The position numbers and the translations under genes are program-made. Shown here in pieces: positions 36,385 to 45,841 of a stretch of 47,686 nucleotides of DNA (position 1 is the stretch's first letter; every line of letters starts with the position of its first letter). The notes under the pieces are model-generated. The model was not told where the DNA came from. It did not search any database and worked only from the letters and a program-made list of their open reading frames with translations. Source of the stretch: a bacterium (lineage in GTDB: Bacteria; Zhuqueibacterota; Zhuqueibacteria; Oceanimicrobiales; Oceanimicrobiaceae); contig JBBIIG010000015.1 in assembly GCA_037446635.1 (NCBI GenBank), forward strand, positions 32,060 through 79,745, read 5' to 3'.

Positions 36385-36873
36385 TCAATTCAGCCGCGCT
36401 TCCAATTCCTGCAGCGCCACCCTTGCCGGCAAATAATCCGGCCGGATGTTCAGCGCCGCCCGATATTCTTTCAGCGCCAGCGGCCAGTAACCTTTGTACT
36501 CGTAAACCCGGCCTAAATTGCAATGCGGAAATTCCGGGTTTTCATAGCGTTTGGCTGATTTCGCTTTCTCCAGCCAGGGAATGGCCTCGTCCAATTTTCC
36601 CATTTGAATATAATAGGCGCCGATGTCGTTGTACGGATTTCCAAATTCCGGATCGACCGCGATGGCTTTGTGGCACTCTGCAATCGCCTCCTCCAACCGT
36701 CCCATGAAACTATAGGTCCATCCTAAGAATGTGTGCCCCTCGGCGGTGGGCTCGATCTCCAAAGATTTTTTGTAATAAAAAACTGCTTGCGGCAATTCCC
36801 CGCGCATTTGATGCTCATAGGCAAGCTTAAAATACTTGAAGGCCTGCGGCCCAATTTTGTAATTCGGGAACAT
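36385..36873 (-). CDS. Tetratricopeptide repeat protein
   Basis: PTAEGHTFLGWTYSFMGRLEEAIAEC.KAI.VDPEFGNPYNDIGAY TPR pattern. Confidence 0.9.
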   Translation of the reverse strand: MFPNYKIGPQAFKYFKLAYEHQMRGELPQAVFYYKKSLEIEPTAEGHTFLGWTYSFMGRLEEAIAECHKAIAVDPEFGNPYNDIGAYYIQMGKLDEAIPWLEKAKSAKRYENPEFPHCNLGRVYEYKGYWPLALKEYRAALNIRPDYLPARVALQELEARLN

Positions 36874-36925
36874 GGCAACTTGAAACGCATCGAGCAGAGC
36901 GTAAGGCGCTGATGCGGCGTTTTGG

Positions 36926-38443
36926 TTAAATTCTTGTATGGAACTTCGCCAACACAGTTTCTGCTTGATCGATTGGATCGGATTTCAATGCCGCCAGCGC
37001 ATCTTCCACGTAGGGCGTCCGCCGCATGCCGAGCAGCACACAATGAACGCCGCCCGTTGCAGTTAAAACCCGCAGCGCTTTTTGCGACAGCGTCTCCGAA
37101 GTTGTCAGCGCCGGGCAAATCTCGTCGAGCTGATCGCTGATCTTTTTGGAGAAAATCTGCGCCTGGTTTTCGTAATGCCGGGTGATGGTATCCAAAAACG
37201 CAAACCATGTTTTGGAGTACGATTCCGACCACTTCTGCCACTCGGCGTCTTCCGCCAGTTTGTGGTTAAGGTAACTCAGGTATGAATAGGCCTGCGGCAT
37301 CAGGATGTGCTGTTTGACGTGATCCCAGTGCTGCCAGTTTTGAAACACCTCGAGGGCGCCGCCCAGTTGCGCGGCTCGTCCAAAAATTTCATCGAGATGG
37401 TGGGCTGGAATTTCCGGCGGCATTTTCTTCTTGAAATGACTCTGGAACTGCGACTCCAACTCCGCCAACTGAAACAACTGTGCGCCAAAATTTCTGGAAA
37501 TCTCATCGGGATCGGTTTCGCGGAAACTGGCCAGCCGCACCATGCCGCCGCGGCTCATGGCATTCAGCGGGCGATTCACCAGCGCGGCGATGTGGTTTTC
37601 CCCAGCTAATTCCAAAAGCGTCTTTTGGCCGTCTGCCTGATTTTTTTCCAAAGCCGCGCCGGCCTCAAAAAGATTAAACGGAAACTGGATGACTTGAAAA
37701 TAGTTGTTGGACGCCACGTAATTGGCGATGGCGATCACCTTTTCCAATGACGTAAATTCAAAGTCGCTGGCCGGCACCGGAAAGGTGTTGGAGGAAATGC
37801 CATAGGCTCTGATTTTTCCTTCCGCCACCTTTTCTTCCATCCACTCAAAGGCTTTTTGAATGCGCAGATAATATTGTTCGCGCGCGCCGGCCGCATCGGT
37901 TTCGCCGCGCTTCTTAAGATCGGAAAGAAAATATTCCGGATTGTGCAGCAGGTAAACATCGAGGGCGGGCAGGTGCAGCCGCTCCAACGTGCGGCTCAAT
38001 TGATCCTGCAAAAAATCCGGATGAATGCAGTGCCAGCAGCCTTCCAGGTATTTCACCATTTCGGGAAACGGATGGCCCTCGGCCTCCTCCTTTTGCGCCA
38101 GCTCGAGATTTTGTCCCTGCACATAACCGACTTTGGAGACCAGCACTACTTCGTCGCGCCCCAGCTCGCCGCGTTCGAACATCTCGTTCAACAAATTGCC
38201 GATGAGCATTTCACTGCCGCCGTCGGTGTAGTTGCTGGAGGTGTCGATGAGGTTGATGCCGTTGAGCAGGGCGTAACGCAGGGCGCGCGCGTGTTCAATC
38301 GAATTATAATGAACGCGGTACCCACCGAAGCCGATGCTGCTGATCATGAGCTCGGTGCGACCGAAAACGCGGATGGCGTGCTGCGGTATCGCCTGATGCA
38401 CTAAGCGTCTAAAATATTTTTCGGTGGATTCGGGATGCGCCAT
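36926..38443 (-). CDS. Aldo/keto reductase-family protein with helical insertion
   Basis: IGFGGY, INLIDTSSNYTDGGSE, VSKVGY, LDVYLLHNPE, GKIRAYGISSN, QFPFNL. Confidence 0.88.
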   Translation of the reverse strand: MAHPESTEKYFRRLVHQAIPQHAIRVFGRTELMISSIGFGGYRVHYNSIEHARALRYALLNGINLIDTSSNYTDGGSEMLIGNLLNEMFERGELGRDEVVLVSKVGYVQGQNLELAQKEEAEGHPFPEMVKYLEGCWHCIHPDFLQDQLSRTLERLHLPALDVYLLHNPEYFLSDLKKRGETDAAGAREQYYLRIQKAFEWMEEKVAEGKIRAYGISSNTFPVPASDFEFTSLEKVIAIANYVASNNYFQVIQFPFNLFEAGAALEKNQADGQKTLLELAGENHIAALVNRPLNAMSRGGMVRLASFRETDPDEISRNFGAQLFQLAELESQFQSHFKKKMPPEIPAHHLDEIFGRAAQLGGALEVFQNWQHWDHVKQHILMPQAYSYLSYLNHKLAEDAEWQKWSESYSKTWFAFLDTITRHYENQAQIFSKKISDQLDEICPALTTSETLSQKALRVLTATGGVHCVLLGMRRTPYVEDALAALKSDPIDQAETVLAKFHTRI

Positions 38444-38481
38444 GATAAAAGATACAAGCGGGGCGCCATTAAATCAAGCAT

Positions 38482-38523
38482 AAAAAAAGGGCAGAACCTG
38501 GCTGCCTCAGCAGATTCTGCCCT
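38482..38523 (-). terminator. Rho-independent terminator (minus strand)
   Basis: AGGGCAGAA..TTCTGCCCT stem followed by T-run on the minus strand. Confidence 0.8.
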
Positions 38524-38581
38524 ATTAAAAGGACCACCTTCTCGCTTTAGGAAGGGGACCGAAAGAGGGAGGATAGGGGGG

Positions 38582-38683
38582 TCAAACCAACGCTTTGTCC
38601 ATGAAGAAAATGATCAACAAATAGGCAAACGAGATCAAGAATGCGATGACAAAAAAGTTGTTCTTCTTTGATGATTTTTTCAT
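38582..38683 (-). CDS. 33-aa single-TM small protein (not in the ORF track)
   Basis: MKKSSKKNNFFVIAFLISFAYLLIIFFMDKALV*; AGGAG RBS upstream of the ATG. Confidence 0.65.
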   Translation of the reverse strand: MKKSSKKNNFFVIAFLISFAYLLIIFFMDKALV

Positions 38684-38716
38684 CGGCGCTGCTCCTGAAA
38701 TTCAGCCGTTAAATTT

Positions 38717-38731
38717 ACAAAGCCTGTGCCA
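38717..38731 (-). promoter_or_regulatory. Putative sigma54 (-24/-12) promoter
   Basis: TGGCAC-AGGCT-TTGT versus consensus TGGCAC-N5-TTGC. Confidence 0.55.
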
Positions 38732-38924
38732 CGCGGCGCGCTGGTTCTCCGCAGGAGGAGGCTTTGCCGCCGCTGCAAGCAAATAGATGGTTGTAATTAA
38801 AGGGGCTGGAATTTGATTTTGGTGAAGAAAAATTTTTTTGGAGAGTAAAAACCAGCCGGCAATCGTCAGGCAAATTTTACATCGGTTACACGATTGAATT
38901 TCAATTTCGATAGAAGCAGAAGCG

Positions 38925-40190
38925 TCACCGCGCTTCGGATTTGAAATACTCTTCGGCGTGCTCGGGGGTGACTTCGAGGAACTGATCGCAGATATAACAT
39001 TCCTTCGCGGGGTAGCGCAGCGCGAACGCGCAGCGCACGGAATCGGCGACTGTGTGTTCGAATAGCAGAATGAAGATGAGCAGCGCGCCGATCGCTAATA
39101 TTCCGCAGACGACAAACATGAACGGGATGCCGAAATATTCCGCCACCGCGCCCAACACGATGCCGGCCACGGAGATGCCGAGATCGAAGCCGCCATAATA
39201 AAAGGAAAAGATTTTGCCGCGGGTTTCGGGGGTGGTGTTGTCGGCGACCACCGTCGTCAACGTCGGTTGCTGAGAGCCGAAACCGAAACCGTACAAAATC
39301 GCAGCCAGGAACATCAGGCCGAGGTTCAGTGAATGGTTCAATGCGAACACGCCCAGCGCGATAAACGCCAGCGAAAACACAATCAACGGCCCGCGGCCGA
39401 CGCGGTCCGAAAGCCGGCCGATGAACACCCGCACCACCAACGTCGAAACGCCGAACACCGCAAAGAACAACCCGACGTTGACGTGGAGATTCTCTTTCAA
39501 AAATATGGGGTAGTAAAACATCACCGCGCCGTGGATCATGGCGATGAGTAAAATGATCACAAACGAAGCGACAATCCGCCGCTGCCAGATGGCGCGCACA
39601 AAACCCGCGCTGGCTTGGGAGGCGTCGTGAGTTTTGGTCTCTTTTATAAATAATGAAAAAATCAGGCAGGCGAGGGAAGCGACTCCCACAAAAATGAACA
39701 CGGCGGTGTAGCCCCACCAATCGCCGATCAAGCTCCCCAAAATTGGGCCAACTGAAAAGGCAACGGTGTTGACCATGCCGGTGTAGCTGATGATCTCGCC
39801 GCGCTGTTTGGGCGAGGCGGCGTCGGTGATGAGGGTGATGGAGGCGGTGCCGAAAGCCGCTAGCCCCAACCCGTGAAACACCCGTAGAGCAACCAGCGGG
39901 ATGACGCTGTGAATAAAAATATAAAAAATTGGCGCCACTGCAAAAATGACGACCCCCACCAACAGCACCACCTTCCGGCCCGCGCTGTCAATTTTTTTTC
40001 CCACCAGCGGGCGGAACAGCAGCACCCCCACGGCAAAGGCGCTCATCACAATGCCAACTTGCGATTTGTTGCTGCCGATGCTGATTAAATAATTGGGGAG
40101 GACAGGCAGAAGCGCCGCCGAGCTCATGAAAAACAGAACCCGGGTGATCCAATTGAGAGTGAGCTGGGGGGTCAGTAGGGTGGATTTCAT
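38925..40190 (-). CDS. MFS transporter
   Basis: GKKIDSAGRK and GRLSDRVGRG motif A copies, ~12 TM; start MKSTLL. Confidence 0.92.
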   Translation of the reverse strand: MKSTLLTPQLTLNWITRVLFFMSSAALLPVLPNYLISIGSNKSQVGIVMSAFAVGVLLFRPLVGKKIDSAGRKVVLLVGVVIFAVAPIFYIFIHSVIPLVALRVFHGLGLAAFGTASITLITDAASPKQRGEIISYTGMVNTVAFSVGPILGSLIGDWWGYTAVFIFVGVASLACLIFSLFIKETKTHDASQASAGFVRAIWQRRIVASFVIILLIAMIHGAVMFYYPIFLKENLHVNVGLFFAVFGVSTLVVRVFIGRLSDRVGRGPLIVFSLAFIALGVFALNHSLNLGLMFLAAILYGFGFGSQQPTLTTVVADNTTPETRGKIFSFYYGGFDLGISVAGIVLGAVAEYFGIPFMFVVCGILAIGALLIFILLFEHTVADSVRCAFALRYPAKECYICDQFLEVTPEHAEEYFKSEAR

Positions 40191-40237
40191 GGCGCCGAAT
40201 ATAAAACCTTTTTTCCTAAGTTGCAAAAAAAATTCTC

Positions 40238-40266
40238 TTGACATTGATCTCCGTTTCAAATATATT
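40238..40266 (+). promoter_or_regulatory. Sigma70 promoter of the riboswitch-btuB unit
   Basis: TTGACA-17bp-TATATT. Confidence 0.8.
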
Positions 40267-40282
40267 CGGCAAAAATTGAATG

Positions 40283-40447
40283 ACACGGGTAATCCCGATT
40301 CGTTGGGATACGGAAGCCGGTGCAAATCCGGCGCTGCCCCGCAACTGTAAGCAGCTACGAACGCCCACCAGCCACTTTTCCGATTTCATCGGAATGGGAA
40401 GGCGCGGCCAGTAGGTCCGATGCTGCAAGCCAGGAGACCTGCCCGTG
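40283..40447 (+). ncRNA. Cobalamin (AdoCbl) riboswitch
   Basis: GGAAgccGGTGcAAATCCggcgCTGCCCCGCAACTGT, GCCACT..GGGAAGG, AGCCAGGAGACCTGCC B12 box. Confidence 0.96.
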
Positions 40448-40487
40448 GAGCCTTCGCGGGAAGGGCTGCGCATGAAGTCGATAGTTG

Positions 40488-40525
40488 AACCCCAACCTCC
40501 ATCCGCGAGGTTGGGGTTTTTTTGT
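40488..40525 (+). terminator. Riboswitch expression-platform terminator
   Basis: AACCCCAACCTC..GAGGTTGGGGTT plus T-run between aptamer and gene. Confidence 0.85.
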
Positions 40526-40653
40526 TGGAGGCGGCGCCATTCGCCTCTCGATTTTGATCCCACCTAAACTCAACATGCCAGCCTGCCCTGTTTAAATGGT
40601 TGCCGTCGGTTTTTGGCGGAAGGTACTTAACTTTTTTAACAAGGGAGGTTGCG

Positions 40654-42825
40654 ATGTTTCAACGAACTCTTCTCGTCCTGCTTGCCGTATTCACCGGTTT
40701 ATTTTTTTCACTTTCTTGGGCTGGAGAAACAGGGGTGTTTAGCGGCCGTGTGACCGATGCCGAAACCGGCGAGCCGGTCGCCAACGCCAACGTCGTGATC
40801 GCCGGCAGCCGTTTCGGGACGGCGACGGACCTCAGCGGCCGTTTTCAAATTGCGAACATTCCAGTTGGGTCTTATGTCGCACAGATTCGGCTCATCGGCT
40901 ACGCTGCGCAGGAATTTCCAGTGGTGATCGCGGCCGGCAAAACTACTTCGTTAAACGTGGCGCTCAAGGCCGCAGCGGTAAAATTTCGTGAAGTGTTGGT
41001 CACGGCCACTCGTGAGCCGGCGCTGAGTTCTGAGGTGGCGATGGCCGCCCAGGTCATTTCGCGGGCGCAGATCGAGAGAACGGCCGCACAGAATGTCGGC
41101 GAGCTGCTGGAGATTTCTTCCGGCCTGTTTATCAAAAACAACGGCTATCTCGGATCGTTGAAAACCGTCTCCATTCGCGGCGCCAACGACAATCAGGTTT
41201 TGATTTTGCTGGACGGCCAGCGGCTGAATCAAGCGCAGGGTCTGGCGCCCGACTTGAGCGACCTCCCGCTGCACGTCATCGAGCGCGTGGAGATCATTCG
41301 CGGCGGGCACTCGGCGCTGTACGGCACCGACGCCGTGGGCGGCGTCATCAATCTGATTACCCGATCTGCGAATGAGAACGATTCTGTTTCGGGTCATGTC
41401 CATTCCTCCATCGGCTCGTTCGGGACTCGCGTCGTCGAAGCTAATTTTGGACAACAGCTTGGTCGATTGAATTATTTTCTTTCCCACAATTACACCGAGG
41501 GCGACGGCAATTTTAAATTCGAAGATCGTTCCGGCAACCGCGCCGTGCGCAGCAACAACGATGTGCAGTGGCACGATTCTTTTTTGAAACTGCACTACAC
41601 GGTAAATCCCTCGGCCGCGCTCAGCGGTTATCTGCAATTTCACGACGCCGACCGCGGAGCGCCGGGGCCGTTGAGTTTTCCCTCGCAGAATGCAACCCAG
41701 AAAGATCGATCGTGGAAGTATCGCCTCAATTACGCGCAAAGATTTTCATCGAATCTCGATTTACAGGCGCAGACGTTTCTTTTTAAATTCAAACAAAATT
41801 TTGACGATCCCAACCCATTCTTTCCATTCAAAAGCGTGCACAAAAACGACGCCTACGGAGTGAGCCTGCTGGCAAACTGGCGGGCGTCGAACGTCAACAA
41901 AATTACGGCTGGCTACGAATTCCGCGAAGATAAAATCAACAGCACCGACGTGGCTTTGCAAAAACGCACCACCCACAGTTGGTTTGTACAGGATCAAATC
42001 AAATTGCCGATTCGAGAACTCGTTTCCAATTCTCACATCAGTCTGATTCCGGCTTTGCGCGTGGACAAGTTTACCGATGTCGATGCCCAGCTCAGTCCAA
42101 AGTTGGGCGTTTTGTACAACTATATTTCCGGCTTTCAACTCGTGGTGCGCGGCAGCTTCGGAAGGTCGTTTCGCTTGCCGTCGTTCAATGATCTTTACTG
42201 GCCGCAAGATCCGTTCTCCGTCGGCAACCCCAATCTGGTTGCGGAGGAAGGTTTGGGTTACGATTTCGGGACGTTATTGAATTTCAAAGCCGCCGGCTTT
42301 TGGACGTTCGAGGTTAATTATTTTCGCACGCGATTGGAAAATCTTATCATTTGGGGGCCGCGAGAGGACGGGGTTTTTAGTCCGGACAATGTCCAAAAAG
42401 CCGACATTTCCGGCGTGGAAACCCGCGCGACCTTTCAAAGTTTGAGACGGCTCGTGAATTTTTCTTTTGAATATAATTACCTCGACGCGATCGATGACCG
42501 CGATGATCCCCTGCTAAATGGCAATCAGCTTATCTACCGCCCGAAACACAAAGTCGATTTGAACCTCGCTCTGAATTTCGGGAGACTTGAATTAAATGGC
42601 TCCTGGCGGGTCGTTAGCAAACGATTTAGCAATCCTGCCAATTCAGCTTTCCTGGAAAGCTATCGCCAAACGGATCTGGCCGCGGCTTGGAGCCAACCGT
42701 TTATCGGCGGGCGGCTCCGACTGCAATTGGCCGTCAAAAATATCTTCGACGATCAAACGCCAATTATCGACGGCTTCCCGCTTCCGGGCCGGGAATACCG
42801 CACCACTCTGGGTTTTGATTTTTAA
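40654..42825 (+). CDS. btuB: TonB-dependent cobalamin receptor with N-terminal carboxypeptidase-regulatory-like domain
   Basis: GGAGG RBS, signal peptide, VLVTATR TonB box, IERVEIIRGGHSALYG.DAVGGVINLIT, PGREY..GFDF end; under a B12 riboswitch. Confidence 0.88.
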   Translation: MFQRTLLVLLAVFTGLFFSLSWAGETGVFSGRVTDAETGEPVANANVVIAGSRFGTATDLSGRFQIANIPVGSYVAQIRLIGYAAQEFPVVIAAGKTTSLNVALKAAAVKFREVLVTATREPALSSEVAMAAQVISRAQIERTAAQNVGELLEISSGLFIKNNGYLGSLKTVSIRGANDNQVLILLDGQRLNQAQGLAPDLSDLPLHVIERVEIIRGGHSALYGTDAVGGVINLITRSANENDSVSGHVHSSIGSFGTRVVEANFGQQLGRLNYFLSHNYTEGDGNFKFEDRSGNRAVRSNNDVQWHDSFLKLHYTVNPSAALSGYLQFHDADRGAPGPLSFPSQNATQKDRSWKYRLNYAQRFSSNLDLQAQTFLFKFKQNFDDPNPFFPFKSVHKNDAYGVSLLANWRASNVNKITAGYEFREDKINSTDVALQKRTTHSWFVQDQIKLPIRELVSNSHISLIPALRVDKFTDVDAQLSPKLGVLYNYISGFQLVVRGSFGRSFRLPSFNDLYWPQDPFSVGNPNLVAEEGLGYDFGTLLNFKAAGFWTFEVNYFRTRLENLIIWGPREDGVFSPDNVQKADISGVETRATFQSLRRLVNFSFEYNYLDAIDDRDDPLLNGNQLIYRPKHKVDLNLALNFGRLELNGSWRVVSKRFSNPANSAFLESYRQTDLAAAWSQPFIGGRLRLQLAVKNIFDDQTPIIDGFPLPGREYRTTLGFDF

Positions 42826-42843
42826 CAAGAGAAAAATGTTTAA

Positions 42844-42870
42844 CACTGAAGACACCGAAGCCACCGAAGA
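42844..42870. repeat. 9-mer tandem array
   Basis: cactgaaga caccgaagc caccgaaga. Confidence 0.6.
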
Positions 42871-43051
42871 GCCGCGATTTGGTTTTGAAATGTGAATAAA
42901 CAGATCGCTTGGAAATGAATTTCCAAGCTGATAACTTAAGCTTCATAAATTAAACTGCTGTATTTCAATCGACTTCAGCCATTAGTCTGACGAAGGTGAT
43001 CTGAAAATTTTTTGAGAAAAACCGGAGTGAAAACTTCAGTTTTGCAGTGCC

Positions 43052-44488
43052 ATGTCTCCAACTCTTTTCGGAATTTTCGGTTACATCGTTTTACAATTGC
43101 TGCTGGGCGTGCTGGTTGCCCGGCGCATTCGCACCGAAGATGATTTTCTGCTGGCGGGCCGGAATTTAGGCTACGCCCTCGCGACCTTTTCGATCTTCGC
43201 TACCTGGTTTGGCGCGGAGTCCTGCATCGGCACCGCGGGCGCGGCTTATGCCGACGGCCTCGCCGGCGTCACCGCTGATCCCTTCGGCTACACCGCCTGT
43301 CTGCTTTTGATGGGACTGGTCTTCGCCATCCCGCTTTGGAAAATGAAGCTCACCACCATCGCGGATTTTTTCCGCCGGCGCTACTCGGTTTCGGCGGAGC
43401 GGCTCACGGCAGTGATCATGGTGCCCACGTCGCTGCTGTGGGCGGCGGCGCAAATCCGCGCCTTTGGACAAGTGCTCACCGCCTCGTCCGAGCTGCAGCT
43501 CACGGCAGCGATTACTATTGCCGCGCTGGTGGTGATCATCTACACCGCACTCGGCGGCTTGCTCGCCGACGCCATCACCGATATTGTGCAGGGCAGCATT
43601 TTGATTGGCGGGCTCATTTTCGTTTTTTATTCGATTATGAACGACGTTGGCGGGATCGGCGCGGCGCTGGCAGCAGTTGTCCCCGGCAAGCTTTCGTTCA
43701 TTCCGCAGGGCGCCGAGTCCGGAGCGCGCACCGCGCTCAGCGTGGCCGAGGCCTGGGCCATTCCGATTTGCGGCTCGGTGGTGGCGCAGGAAGTGATTTC
43801 GCGGGTGCTGGCTGCGCGCTCGCCGCGAGTGGCGCAGCGCTCGTCGCTGATGGCCGCCAGTATGTACTTGTGCATCGGACTGATGCCGCTGCTGATTGGC
43901 CTGATTGGATTTTCACACCTCCCCGATCTTGCCGATCCCGAACACGTGCTGCCGCTGATGGCGCAGCAGCATCTTTCAAATCTGTTTTACGTGATCTTCG
44001 CCGGCGCGCTGGTTTCGGCCATTCTTTCCACGGTGGACAGCGCGCTGCTGGCGGCCTCGGCGCTGCTGTCGCACAACGTGATCGTTTCGGTGCGCCCCGG
44101 CATGTCCGAGCGCCGCAAGCTGCTCGTTAGCCGGCTCGGCGTGGTGGCGATGGGTGTGGCCGCTTATTTTTTAGCGCTGCACGCCGAGGGCGTCTATCAT
44201 CTCGTCAAAGACGCCTCGTCGTTTGGCAGCGCCGGCATTTTTGTGGTGATGTTGTTCGGATTGTTCACGAAGTTTGGCGGGGTGCGCAGCGCGCTGGTTT
44301 CACTGAGCGCCGGCGCCGCGGTGTGGATTGTTTCGTACTACTTTTTCGATTTTGAGTGGAGTTATCTGCTGTCGCTGTTGGCGGCGCTGCTCGGATATCT
44401 TTTTGTGGGGACGACTGGACTCGCCAAAAATTATATCGTCAGCCGTTTTCGTCAACCTGCTCTTGATGAATTCTCAATTGATGATTAG
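43052..44488 (+). CDS. Sodium:solute symporter family protein
   Basis: DFLLAGRNL, FATWFGAE, YTALGGL.AD.ITD.VQ, SAILSTVDSALLA. Confidence 0.93.
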   Translation: MSPTLFGIFGYIVLQLLLGVLVARRIRTEDDFLLAGRNLGYALATFSIFATWFGAESCIGTAGAAYADGLAGVTADPFGYTACLLLMGLVFAIPLWKMKLTTIADFFRRRYSVSAERLTAVIMVPTSLLWAAAQIRAFGQVLTASSELQLTAAITIAALVVIIYTALGGLLADAITDIVQGSILIGGLIFVFYSIMNDVGGIGAALAAVVPGKLSFIPQGAESGARTALSVAEAWAIPICGSVVAQEVISRVLAARSPRVAQRSSLMAASMYLCIGLMPLLIGLIGFSHLPDLADPEHVLPLMAQQHLSNLFYVIFAGALVSAILSTVDSALLAASALLSHNVIVSVRPGMSERRKLLVSRLGVVAMGVAAYFLALHAEGVYHLVKDASSFGSAGIFVVMLFGLFTKFGGVRSALVSLSAGAAVWIVSYYFFDFEWSYLLSLLAALLGYLFVGTTGLAKNYIVSRFRQPALDEFSIDD

Positions 44489-44532
44489 CCGCCAATCAAT
44501 TCAATTTTTTCGGCTTGATTCGATTTGCAAAA

Positions 44533-44955
44533 TCACAAGCTGCCGCTATTTGCGTGCGCCACAAACTTTTCAAGGGTTAAAATTTCAACCAGCTCGGAAT
44601 GGGTGAGATGTTCCTGCAGCCCGCCGCCAACATAAAAATCGCGCAGCGTCCAGCCTTCGCCTCCTAAAACCAAATACGCTTTGCTGAATTTGCCGGCGCT
44701 GTTGCGAACGGCTTCGGCCAGACAAATCACTTCAAATGGAACTTTTTGCTCGGCGGTCCCCGAGACTTGCTGCCATTTCAAGGAGATGAGAATTGTTTTC
44801 AAATCCTTGCTGGCCACGATATCGATTTGGTGTTTGCGGCCGCCCGGTCTTTTGCCGATGATTTGCTGAACTGAACAGGAATAGCCGCCCAAGCGCAGAG
44901 CATGGAGAACCATGTTTTCCAGAACGCTGCCGGTTCGGGTATCACGGATCGCCAT
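44533..44955 (-). CDS. Small PD-(D/E)XK nuclease, putative restriction endonuclease
   Basis: G..LE..V, HQIDIV..ILISLKWQQVSGTAEQK; directly downstream of a DNA MTase. Confidence 0.75.
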   Translation of the reverse strand: MAIRDTRTGSVLENMVLHALRLGGYSCSVQQIIGKRPGGRKHQIDIVASKDLKTILISLKWQQVSGTAEQKVPFEVICLAEAVRNSAGKFSKAYLVLGGEGWTLRDFYVGGGLQEHLTHSELVEILTLEKFVAHANSGSL

Positions 44956-44957
44956 GA

Positions 44958-45761
44958 TTATGCCACTCCGCGAACGGCTAACATTTCTTTAGCCGGCGAG
45001 CGATCGCCGGTGCAGCTAATCATGCGCGGCCCGTTCAGAATTTTGATTTGAAATCCTAATTTGCCATACAACTTTAGAATCCGCTCGGTTGCTTGATTGG
45101 ATGCCACCACCGGGCCCGAGTGTTCCGCCAACCACTCTGCTAATCGAACCTGATCTCGCCATTCGAACCCTTCGCGGGCATATTGGCGGAACTCCACGTC
45201 GTACGGTGGGTCGGCGTAAATAAAATCATCCGGCTGCACCAGCAATTCTTCAAAATCAAGATTCGAAAATTCCCACTTCGCCAAAACTTTTTTGTAAGCC
45301 GAGAAATCCCGCACGTAGTTGATGATCTTGTAACTGCCGAACGGCACGTTGAATTGCCCGCTGCGGTTGAAGCGGCAGAGTCCGTTGTAGCCGGTGCGAT
45401 TCAAATAATAAAAAATCTCGGCGGCCTTTTTGCTCTTTTGTTTGCCGTTGCCGATTAGCCGGTTGAATTCTGCGCGATGTTCATAAAATAATTCTTTTTC
45501 ATTGCGCATCGGAATGGAGACTTTCAGCCCTTTTTGTAGCCAATGGTAAAAGTTAATCGCGTGGGGATTGATATCATTCAGCAGCGCGCGTTCTGGCCGC
45601 AAGCCGAGGGCGATCGCCAGGCCACCGCAAAACGGTTCCACCAGCCGGCGGTGGCGGTGATTTTCCCAAATGGGCCGCAGATAGGGGAGAAGCCAGCGTT
45701 TTCCGCCCGCCCATTTCAGCGGCGGCGGCAGCGGCCTCGTTGTTTTATTTGATTGACTCAA
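44958..45761 (-). CDS. Dam-family (D12) DNA adenine methyltransferase
   Basis: PLKWAGGKR, LVEPFCGG, LNDIN, YLNRTGYNGLCRFN..GQFNVPFG, IYADPPY; start probably TTG 45761. Confidence 0.93.
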   Translation of the reverse strand: MSQSNKTTRPLPPPLKWAGGKRWLLPYLRPIWENHRHRRLVEPFCGGLAIALGLRPERALLNDINPHAINFYHWLQKGLKVSIPMRNEKELFYEHRAEFNRLIGNGKQKSKKAAEIFYYLNRTGYNGLCRFNRSGQFNVPFGSYKIINYVRDFSAYKKVLAKWEFSNLDFEELLVQPDDFIYADPPYDVEFRQYAREGFEWRDQVRLAEWLAEHSGPVVASNQATERILKLYGKLGFQIKILNGPRMISCTGDRSPAKEMLAVRGVA

Positions 45762-45783
45762 TATTCTAATTTTATTGCAGAAA

Positions 45784-45827
45784 GGATTATTGGATTTAGA
45801 TCCAACACTCCAGCAGTCCAACAGTCC
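45784..45827. repeat. Inverted pair of degenerate 8-mer arrays
   Basis: ggattatt ggattt.. facing tccaacac tccagcag tccaacag tcc. Confidence 0.7.
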
Positions 45828-45841
45828 TAAATGATCAAAGG

